The translations under genes and the position numbers were made by a program. 64,000 nucleotides of DNA from Myxococcota bacterium (lineage in GTDB: Bacteria; Myxococcota_A; UBA9160; UBA4427), in NCBI GenBank assembly GCA_036336835.1, contig JAYZFK010000046.1, positions 83,789-147,788 of the forward strand, written 5' to 3'. Below the pieces are notes generated by a model. That model made no database searches. It worked only from the letters and a program-made list of their open reading frames with translations, and was not told the DNA's origin. Below, piece by piece: positions 50,728 to 60,965 of this stretch (position 1 is its first letter; each line of letters begins with the position of its first letter).

Positions 50728-52788
50728 ATGCTTCGTCGTACGACCGCTGCCTCGCTGATCGCCCTGGCGTCCCTAGGCTGCTCCCCCAGTCCGCCGGAGC
50801 CGCCCGAGCCGCGGCAGGCCGCGGCCCCCGCCCCGGTCGCGCCGCTGGCGCCAATCCGCGAGTACAGCGAGCAACGCGATCCGTGCTCCGACTACGCCCG
50901 CCTGCGCAATGCGTACTTCGGCGACTTCCACGTGCACACCAACGTGTCGATGGATGCCTACATCTTCGGGACCAACACGACCGCGCGCGACGCCTACCGG
51001 TTCGCGCGCGGCGAGGCGATCCCGTCGGCGCTGACCTCGATGGACGATACGCAGATGATCCAGCTCGAGCGCCCGCTCGATTTCGCGGCCGTGACCGATC
51101 ACGCCTCCTTCCTCGGCGAGGTCAAGCTGTGTACCACGCCGGGGACACCCGCCTATGACTCGCGCAACTGCAAGATGTATCGCGGCGAGATCGAGGCACG
51201 CCTTCCGGAGGGTCTGGCGCTCGGGGGCAACGCCGTGAGTGCCGCAATCGGCGCTCGCATGGCCGCGCTCGCCGACCCGAACGGGGGGATTCTCGCCGAC
51301 GGCAGCGACATCCCGCGAGCGGTGGCGGTTTGCGGGCCGGACGGCGACCTCTGCCGCCAGTGGAGCCGGACCGTCTGGCAAGACGAGCAGGCTGCCGCCG
51401 ACGAGGCCTACGATCGATCGTCCGAATGTGCCTTCTCCGCCTTCAACGCGTACGAGTACACCGCCACCCCCGGTCTCTCGAAGGTTCACCGCAATATCAT
51501 CTTCCGCAACGACACAGTCGTTGATTCGCCGATCGCGTACGCCGATGTTCCGAACGAGTACGACATGTGGGCCGCACTGGACGAGCAGTGCCTCCAGGCG
51601 GACAGCAGCTGCGACGTCATCACCATCCCCCACAACTCGAACCTGTCGAACGGTCGCATGTTCCAGATCGACTACACCGCTCTACCGGAGGCCGAGCAGC
51701 GCGAACGCGTAGAGCTCCGCGCCGAGCTCGAGCCGCTGGTCGAAATCATGCAGATCAAGGGGGACTCCGAGTGTCGCAACGGACTTGCGAGCGTGGTCGG
51801 CCGCGATGAGCTGTGCGATTTCGAGCGCTATCGCGCGCCGGAGATCGAGTGGGACGACTGCGGCGACGGCGGCGGCGCAGGTGCACTCGCCGGACAAGGC
51901 TGCATCAGCCGTCGGGATTACGTGCGCTATGCGCTGGTCGAGGGCCTGCGCGAGGAGGAGCGGCTCGGGATCAACCCCTTCAAGCTGGGCTTCATCGCGA
52001 GCACGGATGCTCACAACTCGAACCTGGGCGACGTGCAGGAGCGAAGCTTCGACGGCTGGTCGGGCATTCAGGATTCGACACCGCAGAAGCGTCTGCAAGG
52101 CACGCTCGCCACGCTGCAGCCGATCGCGTCCAATCCGGGCGGGCTGGTCGGCGTGTGGGCCGAGGAGAACTCGCGCGACTCGCTGTTCGACGCCCTGCGG
52201 CGTCGCGAGAGCTTCGGCACCAGCGGCCCACGCATCCAGCCGCGCTTCTTCGGGGGCTGGTCGTACGACGAGGCGCTGTGCGATGGACACGACTTGCTCG
52301 AGCGCAGCTACGCGGAGGGCGTCGCAATGGGCGGCGATCTGCCCGCGAAGCCCGGGCACGCGAAGGCGCCCCGCTTCGTGGTGTCGGCCCTGCGCGATCC
52401 CGGCACTGACGCCTTCCCGGGCGGCAAGCTCCAGCGCATCCAGATCATCAAGGGATGGGCCGGTGAAGCGGGCAGCGTCCACCAGCGCGTCTTCGACGTG
52501 GCCGGCACGCCGGACAACGGCGCCGGCGTCGATCCCGCGACCTGTGAGCCGCAGGGCACGGGGCACCAGAGCCTCTGCGCGGTCTGGGTCGACCCGGAGT
52601 TCGATCCCTCGCTCCGCGCGGTCTACTACGCGCGCGTGATCGAGAACCCGAGCTGCCGCTGGAGCACCTGGCAGTGCCTGGCACAGCCAGCGGCCGATCG
52701 GCCGGCGGCCTGCAGCGACGCGTCGATCCCGAAGCTGATCCAGGAACGGGCCTGGACGTCACCGATCTGGTATGCGCCCGACGCCTAG
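50728..52788 (+). CDS. DUF3604-family lipoprotein
   Basis: FGDFHVHT..S.DA, DFAAVTDH, IPHNSNLSNG, ERAWTSPIWY; lipobox SLGC. Confidence 0.9.
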   Translation: MLRRTTAASLIALASLGCSPSPPEPPEPRQAAAPAPVAPLAPIREYSEQRDPCSDYARLRNAYFGDFHVHTNVSMDAYIFGTNTTARDAYRFARGEAIPSALTSMDDTQMIQLERPLDFAAVTDHASFLGEVKLCTTPGTPAYDSRNCKMYRGEIEARLPEGLALGGNAVSAAIGARMAALADPNGGILADGSDIPRAVAVCGPDGDLCRQWSRTVWQDEQAAADEAYDRSSECAFSAFNAYEYTATPGLSKVHRNIIFRNDTVVDSPIAYADVPNEYDMWAALDEQCLQADSSCDVITIPHNSNLSNGRMFQIDYTALPEAEQRERVELRAELEPLVEIMQIKGDSECRNGLASVVGRDELCDFERYRAPEIEWDDCGDGGGAGALAGQGCISRRDYVRYALVEGLREEERLGINPFKLGFIASTDAHNSNLGDVQERSFDGWSGIQDSTPQKRLQGTLATLQPIASNPGGLVGVWAEENSRDSLFDALRRRESFGTSGPRIQPRFFGGWSYDEALCDGHDLLERSYAEGVAMGGDLPAKPGHAKAPRFVVSALRDPGTDAFPGGKLQRIQIIKGWAGEAGSVHQRVFDVAGTPDNGAGVDPATCEPQGTGHQSLCAVWVDPEFDPSLRAVYYARVIENPSCRWSTWQCLAQPAADRPAACSDASIPKLIQERAWTSPIWYAPDA

Positions 52789-52809
52789 CCACCTGGCAGC
52801 TCGGCAGTT

Positions 52810-54189
52810 TCAGGACTCGACGCGATAGCCTGGGGCGAGCGTGTCGGGACCGCGCACGCGGATCCAGAGAATCAGCGACAGAGCAACGATTGCGAGTCCG
52901 AGCACCAGCCCCCACCACAAGCCGCCGAGCCAGCCGACCCGCACGCCGACCCACCAACCGAGCGGCAGCCCGAGCAGCCAGTAGCCCACGACATTGAACA
53001 CGGCGGCTGGACGCGTTCGCCCCATGCCGCGCAGAACGCCACAGGCCACCACCTGCGTCCCGTCGAAGAGTTGGAAGGCACCCGCGATCGGCAAAATCGT
53101 CGCCGCGAGTGCAATCGCCTGCTCATCGGGCGTGTATACGCGCGGCAGCCACTCGCGAAACAGCACGAACGACACTGCCGAAATGGACATCACCGACGCG
53201 CCCATCCCCATCGCGATCCACGCCGTGCGCTGCGCGTGGTGGGGTACCCCTGCCCCGATCAGATTGCCGACGCGCGTCGTCACGGCCGCCGACACGCCGA
53301 GTGGCAGCATGAAGGAGATCGAGGCAAGGTTCATGGCGATTGCGTGCGCGACGACCGCGGTCGCACCCAACGTCCCCGCCAGCAGTGTCGACACCGAGAA
53401 CGCGAACATCTCGGTCGAGATCTGGATGGCCACCGGCAGCCCCACGGCCAGGATCGTGCGCATTCCCTTCAGCGAGAACACGGCGTACGACCAGGGCACC
53501 CACGCAGTCCGATGCAAGCCGAAGCCCCAAACCCAGGCAACGAGCAGAATGAGGCTCAGCGTGCGCGTCAGACTGCTTGCGAACCCTGCGCCGACGATGC
53601 CGAGCTCGGGGAAGCCAAAGTTCCCGAAGATGAGCGCGTAGTTTGCAAACGCGTTGATCACGTTCGCGATCAGCACGATCACCAGAGCCGGCCGTACGAT
53701 CTCGCGGCCCTGCAGGTAGCTGCGCAGGCAGCTGTAGACGAGGAACGCGGGCAGCCCCGGGATGAGCGCATTCGCATAGCTCTGCGCAAGCGGAACGAGA
53801 GCGCTCTCCTGGCCGGTCAGCGACAGGAAGTGACCGGTCCACAGCCAGGTCAGTGCCACGGGCACCGAGAGCAGGAGCGAGAGTACGCTTCCGCGCTGGA
53901 AGGCGAGCGCTGCCTTCTCTCCCTGCCCAGCGCCGTGCGCCTGCGCGATCACGGGGTCGAGCCCCAGCAGGATCCCACTGGCGAAGAACATCGTGGCAAA
54001 GGTCCAGACGTTTGCCGAGACAGAGGCCGCCATCGCCGCGGTGTCGTACCAGCCGAGCATCACCGTATCTACGAAGCCGAGCAGCATCATGCTGAGCTGC
54101 GTGCCGGCGACCGGGATCGCCAGCCGCAGGAGCCGACGGGCTTCTTCACCCGTGGTTCGCGCAATGAAGGTCTGGCCGGAGTTGGACAC
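52810..54189 (-). CDS. MATE-family efflux transporter (NorM-like)
   Basis: LAIPV, VDTVMLG, LIFGNFGFPELGIVGAG, RVGNLIGAG, FQLFDGTQ. Confidence 0.92.
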   Translation of the reverse strand: MSNSGQTFIARTTGEEARRLLRLAIPVAGTQLSMMLLGFVDTVMLGWYDTAAMAASVSANVWTFATMFFASGILLGLDPVIAQAHGAGQGEKAALAFQRGSVLSLLLSVPVALTWLWTGHFLSLTGQESALVPLAQSYANALIPGLPAFLVYSCLRSYLQGREIVRPALVIVLIANVINAFANYALIFGNFGFPELGIVGAGFASSLTRTLSLILLVAWVWGFGLHRTAWVPWSYAVFSLKGMRTILAVGLPVAIQISTEMFAFSVSTLLAGTLGATAVVAHAIAMNLASISFMLPLGVSAAVTTRVGNLIGAGVPHHAQRTAWIAMGMGASVMSISAVSFVLFREWLPRVYTPDEQAIALAATILPIAGAFQLFDGTQVVACGVLRGMGRTRPAAVFNVVGYWLLGLPLGWWVGVRVGWLGGLWWGLVLGLAIVALSLILWIRVRGPDTLAPGYRVES

Positions 54190-54292
54190 GGCGGCGGACA
54201 GTAGCCCGACCTGGCGCGCCCGACCCGGCACCGAGCGCGGCTACCCCGCCGCGGCGACAATCCAGCTGGAGGCGCGGCTCGGGGACGGCGGT

Positions 54293-54955
54293 CTATACCA
54301 GATCGAACTCCTCGCGCAGCTCGTCCAGAGGCCGCTCCCAGTGCTCCTCCCAGTGAGCCCGCATGAGCGGCTTGGCCCTTCGCCCGAGGGCCCAGCCTTC
54401 GGTGATGGCGTCCATTACCGAAGGCAGGAGTTCGGGCTTGTAGAGGACCATCTGCAGAGGACGACTCGCGATGATCATTGCCGGGTACGGAGCAGGGGTC
54501 TGTGCCACGGTGAAGCTGACGACGCGGACTTCGCCGAGCGGTGTCGTATCGAAGCCCGTCAGCACGTGATACAGGTCGTGGAGCTGGAAGCCCCGCTCCG
54601 CGAGATAGCCGACCTGCTCCCCCCGCTCGTAATGCGCGCCGATGAACGCGGACTCGCGCAGCAGAGTGGCGTCGAGGTCGTTGACCTTCAGGTAGCGTTC
54701 GAACTCCTTGCCGAGCGTGCCGTCCGGAAGCGATGCGAGAAAGGCCACATCCGGCGTCGGGCTGAGGTAGCGATCCTTCAGCATCTCGTCGGCGACAGGA
54801 TTGGCGAGGGCCATGGCGTCGAAGCCCGCGAGCGCCTCTTCATCCCCGACGCGCATGTAGGTGAGGGCAAGCGGTACGGATGCTCGCGGGTCCCAGCTCG
54901 CAAGCGACTCGAGCAGACTCTGAACCAGCTCCGGATCCAGATCGGGGGATTGCAT
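54293..54955 (-). CDS. Coq4-family protein
   Basis: LPDGTLG, HDLYHVLTGFDT...GE, WEEHWERPLDELR. Confidence 0.85.
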   Translation of the reverse strand: MQSPDLDPELVQSLLESLASWDPRASVPLALTYMRVGDEEALAGFDAMALANPVADEMLKDRYLSPTPDVAFLASLPDGTLGKEFERYLKVNDLDATLLRESAFIGAHYERGEQVGYLAERGFQLHDLYHVLTGFDTTPLGEVRVVSFTVAQTPAPYPAMIIASRPLQMVLYKPELLPSVMDAITEGWALGRRAKPLMRAHWEEHWERPLDELREEFDLV

Positions 54956-55131
54956 GGCACGCCAATCTAGCGAAGCAGTCGGGCGCTTGCCGTTGGCGGT
55001 CGAATCCGGTGGCTGGCCAGGCGGCCGGCGCGGTCACTCATCCAAGAAGCGGCCTGTTTGGTGTGGTACACACGTGAAATCAACCCGCTCCGTTCGGAGA
55101 CACCCCCTACTCGATTCGTGAGGTTGACACC

Positions 55132-55584
55132 GTGGACAGAATTGGACTGCTCGAAGACAGGATCGACATCCAGGAGCTGATGAACGCCTACGCCCGGATG
55201 GTGGACGAACGCGACTGGAACCGGATGGAGGAGGTCTTCGCTCCCGGGGCGACGATCGACTACCGCTCGACGGGAGGCAAGGCGGGGCCCTACCGAGAAA
55301 CACTCGAGTGGCTGCACCGAGCGCTCGAGCCCTGGCCCCTGAACCTGCACTTCATTACGAACCTGTCGATCGAGCTCGCGGGCGACAAGGCCCGGTCGCG
55401 CTGCTACTTCCACGCTCCGATGGGACGCGCGGACGGCGACGATGGGCAGCTCGTGATCACCAACGCGGGCTATTACGACGATGATCTCGTGCGTACTGAG
55501 CACGGCTGGAGAATCGCAGCGCGCCATTGCGAGCAGACGATCATGATCGGCCACCTGCCAGAGAGCTACGAAATACCCGAGTAG
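55132..55584 (+). CDS. SnoaL-like NTF2-family protein
   Basis: DRIDIQEL...YA...D..DW, HFITN, GYYDDDLVRTEHGWRI. Confidence 0.88.
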   Translation: MDRIGLLEDRIDIQELMNAYARMVDERDWNRMEEVFAPGATIDYRSTGGKAGPYRETLEWLHRALEPWPLNLHFITNLSIELAGDKARSRCYFHAPMGRADGDDGQLVITNAGYYDDDLVRTEHGWRIAARHCEQTIMIGHLPESYEIPE

Positions 55585-55663
55585 ACATCGGTGCGCCAGG
55601 TCTTGGAGGCAGACGAGATCTCCGTCAGCGGACGGTGATGGAAGCCCCAGCGGTGCCGAGTCG

Positions 55664-56446
55664 CTAGTTGCCGCGAAAGACACCTCGGGCCGGCAATGCG
55701 AGGATTTCCACGGTCCCGAGCTCGTCTGCAATCCCGGGAAGACCCGTTTCCACCATCGCGTCCGAGCGAGTCGCGCCGTACGACCCGAACAGCCGATCCC
55801 AGAACGAGAAGATCGTCGCGTAGTTCGTGTCTAGCAGGCGTGACTCGCGACTGTGATGCTGACGATGGTGAGCAGGCATGACGAACAGGCGCCCGAGCGT
55901 CCGCTCGATCCCTCGAGGAAGGTTGATGTTCCCGTGCTCGAAGAAGTTGGCCCACGCGAAGATCACCTCGAACACGATCACCCCAACGATCGGCAACCCC
56001 AGGGCGGCAACTACCGCGAGCCGGAGCGGCAGCGCGAGAAGCAGCTCACCTGGGTGGAACCGCAGCGCAGTCGTGACCGTGTAGTCCGAGTCGGAGTGAT
56101 GTGCCTGATGAAACCGCCAGAGGAACTGCACGCGATGATTGGCCCGGTGCCAAAAATAGGAGACGACATCCAGCCCGAGCACGCTGACCGCGGTCGCGAC
56201 CCACACCGACACGCCACCCTGGTTCAGCAGGCCGACGCCGGTGTCACTCGCCCAGCGAGACACCGTGCAAGCACAGCCCGCACACACCACACCCAACAGT
56301 GCCGCGTCGAGCGCCCAGAGCCCGCTGTTGGCCCGCCAGCTTCCAGCAAGCACTCGATGCGGAGCCCAGCGCTGCAACCCGACCGCCAGCACGAACGCCA
56401 GCACGAACCCGAGCGACTTGATGATTTGGAATTCGATTTCGGTCAT
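55664..56446 (-). CDS. Sterol desaturase / fatty-acid hydroxylase family protein
   Basis: His boxes HRANH, HQAHHS, RFHP, HRQHHS and NY...FSFWDRLFG. Confidence 0.9.
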   Translation of the reverse strand: MTEIEFQIIKSLGFVLAFVLAVGLQRWAPHRVLAGSWRANSGLWALDAALLGVVCAGCACTVSRWASDTGVGLLNQGGVSVWVATAVSVLGLDVVSYFWHRANHRVQFLWRFHQAHHSDSDYTVTTALRFHPGELLLALPLRLAVVAALGLPIVGVIVFEVIFAWANFFEHGNINLPRGIERTLGRLFVMPAHHRQHHSRESRLLDTNYATIFSFWDRLFGSYGATRSDAMVETGLPGIADELGTVEILALPARGVFRGN

Positions 56447-56618
56447 CCGACGAGGCCCCGCTCCGCGCCAGTTCGAGGATCCTAGCTCACATCGAGTAGA
56501 CGGAGCGCGGAGACCGGACTCATCCGCAGGCACATGGATCGACCAGGCGCGTCGCAATGAGCCTATGATTCAGCTCGGCTCTACGACGAGCACGATACAA
56601 CGATGGGAGAAACTCCGA

Positions 56619-57368
56619 GTGCGTTTCGACGACAAGATCGTGGCGGTCACCGGCGCCGCCTCTGGAATCGGGCTCGAGACCGTTCGCGCTTTTGCCGCCG
56701 AAGGAGCACGCGTCGTCGGGATCGACCGTGATGCTGACGGCGCCAAGCGAGCGGAGGCATCGCTCGGCGAACTCGCCTCCCGGGTGGACTTCGAGATCTT
56801 CGACCTCTCCACTGCCGAAGGTTGCCAGCGTGCAATCGCCGCCGTCGTCGAGAGGGGAGCGCGTCTGGACATTCTCTGCAACGTCGCCGGGTTCTCGGAG
56901 CTGGTCCACTTCACCGACGTCAGCGAGGAGCAATTCTATCGCATGGTCTCGGTGAATCTGGGCGGTGTATTCTTCACGACGCAGGCGGCCATGCCCCACC
57001 TCGTCGAATCGCATGGCAACGTCGTCAGCGTTGCATCCGTCGCGGGTCTTACGGGAAACCCATACAACTCTTCGTACTGCGCAACCAAGGGCGCCGTCGT
57101 GAACCTGACGCGAGCACTCGCCGTCGAGTACAGCCAGCGTGGCGTACGCGTGAACTGCGTCTGTCCCGGCTCGGTTCTGACCGATGCGACGAAGAACACA
57201 TTTGTTCCCGATGGAACGGACCCAGACCTGTTCCGCGTCATGATGCCGCCTCTCGGCAACTGCGAGCCCGCCGATATCGCCGAGGCGATCTTGTATCTCG
57301 CGTCCGACGTTGCGCAATACGTGACCGGAACAGCGTTGGCGATCGACGGCGGCCGAACGGCTCTCTAG
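56619..57368 (+). CDS. SDR-family oxidoreductase
   Basis: TGAASGIG, NVAG, YCATK, DGG. Confidence 0.92.
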   Translation: MRFDDKIVAVTGAASGIGLETVRAFAAEGARVVGIDRDADGAKRAEASLGELASRVDFEIFDLSTAEGCQRAIAAVVERGARLDILCNVAGFSELVHFTDVSEEQFYRMVSVNLGGVFFTTQAAMPHLVESHGNVVSVASVAGLTGNPYNSSYCATKGAVVNLTRALAVEYSQRGVRVNCVCPGSVLTDATKNTFVPDGTDPDLFRVMMPPLGNCEPADIAEAILYLASDVAQYVTGTALAIDGGRTAL

Positions 57369-57880
57369 AAATCCCCATCGATCGATGCGGCCGTCACGGC
57401 CCCCACCGAGAGCGTGAAACATGCGTTTTCGTCGAGCGGCTGAGTGGCCGAGAAGCCCAGGCTCTGGAGAAGCCGATGGGCTCGCAGATTCGCCGGTGTA
57501 GTAAGAGCAGAGAGTTTCCGGAGTCCCAGATCTTTTCGGGCGAACTCGATTAGTTCGAGGAGCGCCTCTCGGGCATAACCGGCTCCCCAGTGATCAGGGT
57601 TGAGTTCGACGCCGACCTCCGCTTCGCCGGAAGGACACCCGGCCTGCCGAACCCCTGCGCAGCCGATGACTGGGCCGTTGGACCCAAGAGTGATCATGAG
57701 CTGGTGGTTGAGCCGCGGCGTTGCAAGAGCCCACTCATGTGCGAGCTGAGCGATTCGCTCGGCATCCGGACGCTCCGGGTAGTGCTCGAGGTACCGCGGG
57801 TCACTTTGATAGCTCGCAAGGACCGCGATATCGCGGCTCTCGACTTCGCGGAGAGTGAGCCTCGCTGTAGTGAGGATCAT
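57365..57880 (-). CDS. GNAT acetyltransferase, RimJ/RimL family (last cassette gene)
   Basis: TARLTLRE, WGAGYAREA, N.RA.RLL..LGF. Confidence 0.88.
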   Translation of the reverse strand: MILTTARLTLREVESRDIAVLASYQSDPRYLEHYPERPDAERIAQLAHEWALATPRLNHQLMITLGSNGPVIGCAGVRQAGCPSGEAEVGVELNPDHWGAGYAREALLELIEFARKDLGLRKLSALTTPANLRAHRLLQSLGFSATQPLDENACFTLSVGAVTAASIDGDF

Positions 57881-57887
57881 CGTTACC

Positions 57888-57961
57888 CCTCAACAAATCG
57901 GCATTCGGCCGCCTGCACTGCCTGACCGCCGGGGTCGGAACGGTGCAGCCAGTTCCTAGGC
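57888..57961 (-). repeat. attC-like site, short (74 bp) and degenerate
   Basis: Minus strand GCCTAGG-aactg-GCTGCACC ... GCCGAATGCCGATTT-GTTGAGG; the upstream GNAT stop TAG lies in the first box. Confidence 0.55.
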
Positions 57962-58453
57962 ATCGCTCCGAGCTGGGATCTGGAGATGGTAGAACTTGGT
58001 GTCGACCTCCATGATCGGAAACGACGACGGGAGATCGGATTTCGGGATCTCGCTGAAGCCGGACTTCTCGTAGAAACGATGGGCTGCCAGGAAGAAGGGT
58101 GTGGTGCCCAGGAAGATCTCGCGAACACCATGCTCACCTGCCCAGGCAAGGAGCACGCGGAGTAGCAGATGGGCAGTGCCCTGCGCACTCCCTCGGAAGT
58201 CGGGGTCGACGAACATCTTGCGGAGCGCGGCCTGCCGCTGGCCGATGTCCAGGAGGGAGATGGTTCCCACGACGCGGTCGTCTACCAGGGCCACCCAGAA
58301 GTTTCCGGATGCGTTCTGGTAGAAGGACGGAATCTCGCGAAGGTCGGGCTGTTGCTCGGCCGTGATCTGAATCTCGAACTCTCCTCGTTGAATGCCCACG
58401 ATGAGATCGACGACCTGGGATTCAAACTCGCGTGAGAAGGGAAGGACCTTCAC
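57956..58453 (-). CDS. GNAT acetyltransferase (cassette gene)
   Basis: ALRKMFVDPDFRG, AHRFYEKSGF; GTG start 13 nt after the attC end. Confidence 0.88.
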   Translation of the reverse strand: MKVLPFSREFESQVVDLIVGIQRGEFEIQITAEQQPDLREIPSFYQNASGNFWVALVDDRVVGTISLLDIGQRQAALRKMFVDPDFRGSAQGTAHLLLRVLLAWAGEHGVREIFLGTTPFFLAAHRFYEKSGFSEIPKSDLPSSFPIMEVDTKFYHLQIPARSDA

Positions 58454-58465
58454 CTTGCCACCGCC

Positions 58466-58720
58466 ACCTAACGGACCGGCATTCAACAGCCAGCAACGAC
58501 GCCGACCCGAGCCGATCCTGCCGCCCAAGTATGCCTCCAGAAAGCCCCCAAGACGAGTTCGACCCAGCGATTCGTGGTCCCCGGCAGCGGATTCGTCGGG
58601 GTGGACTGAAACTCGGCTAGCTGTCAGCGAGGGGCGCGTTACCTCCGCAAGCGCGGACTGCCGCCGCCGACTGATGGATCCTGCGATCAGCGGCCAGTCG
58701 GTTGCAGCGATTCATTAGGC
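58466..58720 (-). repeat. Long (255 bp) attC-like element, possibly two fused sites or a gene-less cassette
   Basis: Minus strand starts GCCTAAT-gaatc-GCTGCAAC-CGAC and ends GTTGAATGCCGGTCC-GTTAGGT. Confidence 0.6.
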
Positions 58721-58736
58721 CGCTGTCGTCACTGCT

Positions 58737-59690
58737 TCAATCCTCCGCACTGGAGGCGACTCCTGGAGGCTGCGAGGCCAGTATCGCCTGGATCGCGATC
58801 ACATGGCTTCGGATGCGCGCCCCGAAATCCTCGGAATCCCAACTGCTCTCGGTGGTGAGAGTGCCCACACCGAGCGACTCCATGTAGGTGCCCAGCGACC
58901 CCAGTCCCAGCCACCGCTTGGCCGCCGCTATTCGGGCACCCTCTAGCGACAGCCCGGGGCTGCCGAGAGCCAGCCCCAGGAAGCTCTTGCGGGCCAGCGG
59001 GATACCCGCATTGGCTACGGCGTCCACGGCGCGGTGCGCTAGCTCGGGGTCGGCGTCCGCGGTGGCGATCAGGAAGAAGCCGTCCTGGGGGCCCTCGTGG
59101 GGGGCGACTACCAAGTCGGGTTTCAGGCGCTCGACGACTTCGCGCACGGTACGGGTCTCCTCGTTCGCGAAGTCCCCAAAATCGCGATTCAGGTCGCAGC
59201 CGGCGGCGTTGTAGCGCGAGGTGTGTGCCAGGCCCACGGGGTTGACGGGCAGCAGTACCGAGAGGTCCCAGTGTGGAGCCCCGACCCGTTCTTGTGTCGA
59301 ACGCTCTGCGGCCAGTTCGGCGAGCACACGGGGGACTGCGAGCAGAGCGGCGCGCTCGTCGCCGTGGACTCCCGCCACGATCAGCATCCGCGGAGCCCCC
59401 TCGGGTCCGGGTCTACGGATCCAGTACTGGGGGTCGTCGCGGCCGCGGTAGCGGACCCGGCCCACCTCCTCGACATCGAACGTCGCCTCCAAAGCGCGCA
59501 ACTCCGCGTAGAAGGCGTCGAGATCCAGCGGGGGCAGATTCAACTCGAAATCCGCGTTGCGCTCCGGACCGTCGCCCGCGCAGGGGGTGAGGAAGTACTT
59601 GACACCGAGGCCGAGCTGCCGGCACCCGGGCAGGTGCGCGACCAGGCCGAGTAGCAGAATCAGTCCGATGCATCGTCGTAGTTGGGACAC
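58737..59690 (-). CDS. M14-family zinc carboxypeptidase / deacylase-like protein (cassette gene)
   Basis: GVHGDE, NPVG...RYN...DLNRDF, HE zinc ligand; possible lipobox LPGC. Confidence 0.8.
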   Translation of the reverse strand: MSQLRRCIGLILLLGLVAHLPGCRQLGLGVKYFLTPCAGDGPERNADFELNLPPLDLDAFYAELRALEATFDVEEVGRVRYRGRDDPQYWIRRPGPEGAPRMLIVAGVHGDERAALLAVPRVLAELAAERSTQERVGAPHWDLSVLLPVNPVGLAHTSRYNAAGCDLNRDFGDFANEETRTVREVVERLKPDLVVAPHEGPQDGFFLIATADADPELAHRAVDAVANAGIPLARKSFLGLALGSPGLSLEGARIAAAKRWLGLGSLGTYMESLGVGTLTTESSWDSEDFGARIRSHVIAIQAILASQPPGVASSAED

Positions 59691-59697
59691 GAGGCCT

Positions 59698-59826
59698 CCC
59701 AGGCGGGCGCTGGGATCTGCGGCCGGCGGCGCCTCGCTGCTCGTTCCGAAACGCCCTGCCACTTCGTATTATATGTAACTCCGAACCGCAACACCCCCGC
59801 TCGTCCGCTGCAGCGGTTGGTTCGGC
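59698..59826 (-). repeat. attC site, 130-bp family, R' degenerate
   Basis: Minus strand GCCGAAC-caacc-GCTGCAGC-GGAC; aligns with 63030-63160. Confidence 0.8.
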
Positions 59827-59841
59827 ATCCGGCGTCTGGTG

Positions 59842-60159
59842 CTAGCGCGGCTTGGGGGGAAACCAGAACTCCACTTCAGAGGTGTCGACCTCGAAGCGTG
59901 CCCAATGGCGCTTTTCTGGATCGAGGTGATACCACTGGCCGGGGCCCAACCTCTGCTCGCCACCTTCGGTCGCGAGGATCAGCTCTCCAGAAGTGACAAC
60001 ACCGACATTCTCCGTCTCGTGGCTATGCGCGTCGATGACGGTGCCAGCTGGATAAGACGCAAAGAGCACATCGCAGTCATCCGCTGCCAGGCGATTGGCT
60101 TCGAAGGGGCCTTCGAACCGCGGAAGTGACCGAATTCGCGTAGGAAAGTGATCGGCCAT
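59842..60159 (-). CDS. Cupin-domain protein (cassette gene)
   Basis: HSHETEN.G...G.L and GQWY......RH cupin motifs. Confidence 0.85.
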   Translation of the reverse strand: MADHFPTRIRSLPRFEGPFEANRLAADDCDVLFASYPAGTVIDAHSHETENVGVVTSGELILATEGGEQRLGPGQWYHLDPEKRHWARFEVDTSEVEFWFPPKPR

Positions 60160-60170
60160 GACGGCTGACG

Positions 60171-60965
60171 CTATCGCGACTTGGAACGAGACGCTTGAAC
60201 GAATCGGCTGTCGCGAAGAAAAACTCGCGGTGGAAACGAGAAGCTCTCTCGGAAAACACGGCTTAGATGCGCAGCGTCCGCAAACTCCGCTCTTGCTGCC
60301 GCCTCGGTCACGTCCGGGGTCTGCTGAAGGGCATCGAGAGAACGCACGAGTCGAATCCACCGTCGATATCGGCGGAGAGTTACCCCCGTGTCTCGCTTGA
60401 AAAGGTGGCGGAACCGATCGGGAGAAAGCCCTACTCGGCGGCTGAGTTCTACAAGGCCCGGCGAGCCATCTTCCTGGTGGAGGATCTGAAGGGCTGCGAC
60501 CACTCGTGGATCTCTATCTGGAAGAGGAGCCAAAGCTGTCTCGACAACACTGGTGATCAAGAGATCGAGACAGGCTTCCAGCAGTGCTTCGCTATGCCAA
60601 GCCTCTCCCAGCGCATCGCGTGCGCGAGAGGGTAGGCGACTCTCGATTTCGATGAACGGTCGACCGACTAGCATACTGGAGAGACGTGCCCCAGCGTTGG
60701 ACTCAGGGGAAACGTAGAAGTGACCGACGAGTCCGGAAGCCCACATCGCATGACGCTGGTCCGAGCCGATCAGCACTGAGGGAAGAGCTACCGACCCCGA
60801 GGTTCCCACCTCGACGCGCAGCTCCCCCTCGAGGGCAATGGCGCACTGGATGGCGTGGTGGGAATGAACCTCAGGAGTCGACGAAAGACGCCCTAGGAAT
60901 AACGCGTCAGTGCGTCGGATGACTCGGAGTGTCGCGTCGTGGCCAGGCACTTGACCCCTGTCCAA
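60171..60965 (-). CDS. AraC-family transcriptional regulator (cassette gene)
   Basis: HSHHAIQ N-domain; GLSPDRFRHLFK...G, FADAAHLSRVFR; start may be GTG 60950. Confidence 0.9.
   Translation of the reverse strand: MDRGQVPGHDATLRVIRRTDALFLGRLSSTPEVHSHHAIQCAIALEGELRVEVGTSGSVALPSVLIGSDQRHAMWASGLVGHFYVSPESNAGARLSSMLVGRPFIEIESRLPSRARDALGEAWHSEALLEACLDLLITSVVETALAPLPDRDPRVVAALQILHQEDGSPGLVELSRRVGLSPDRFRHLFKRDTGVTLRRYRRWIRLVRSLDALQQTPDVTEAAARAEFADAAHLSRVFRESFSFPPRVFLRDSRFVQASRSKSR

Noticed and set aside
55020..57364. SnoaL, sterol desaturase and SDR genes as further decayed cassettes
   Set aside because: No convincing attC boxes in the spacers and mixed orientation; cannot be supported by eye
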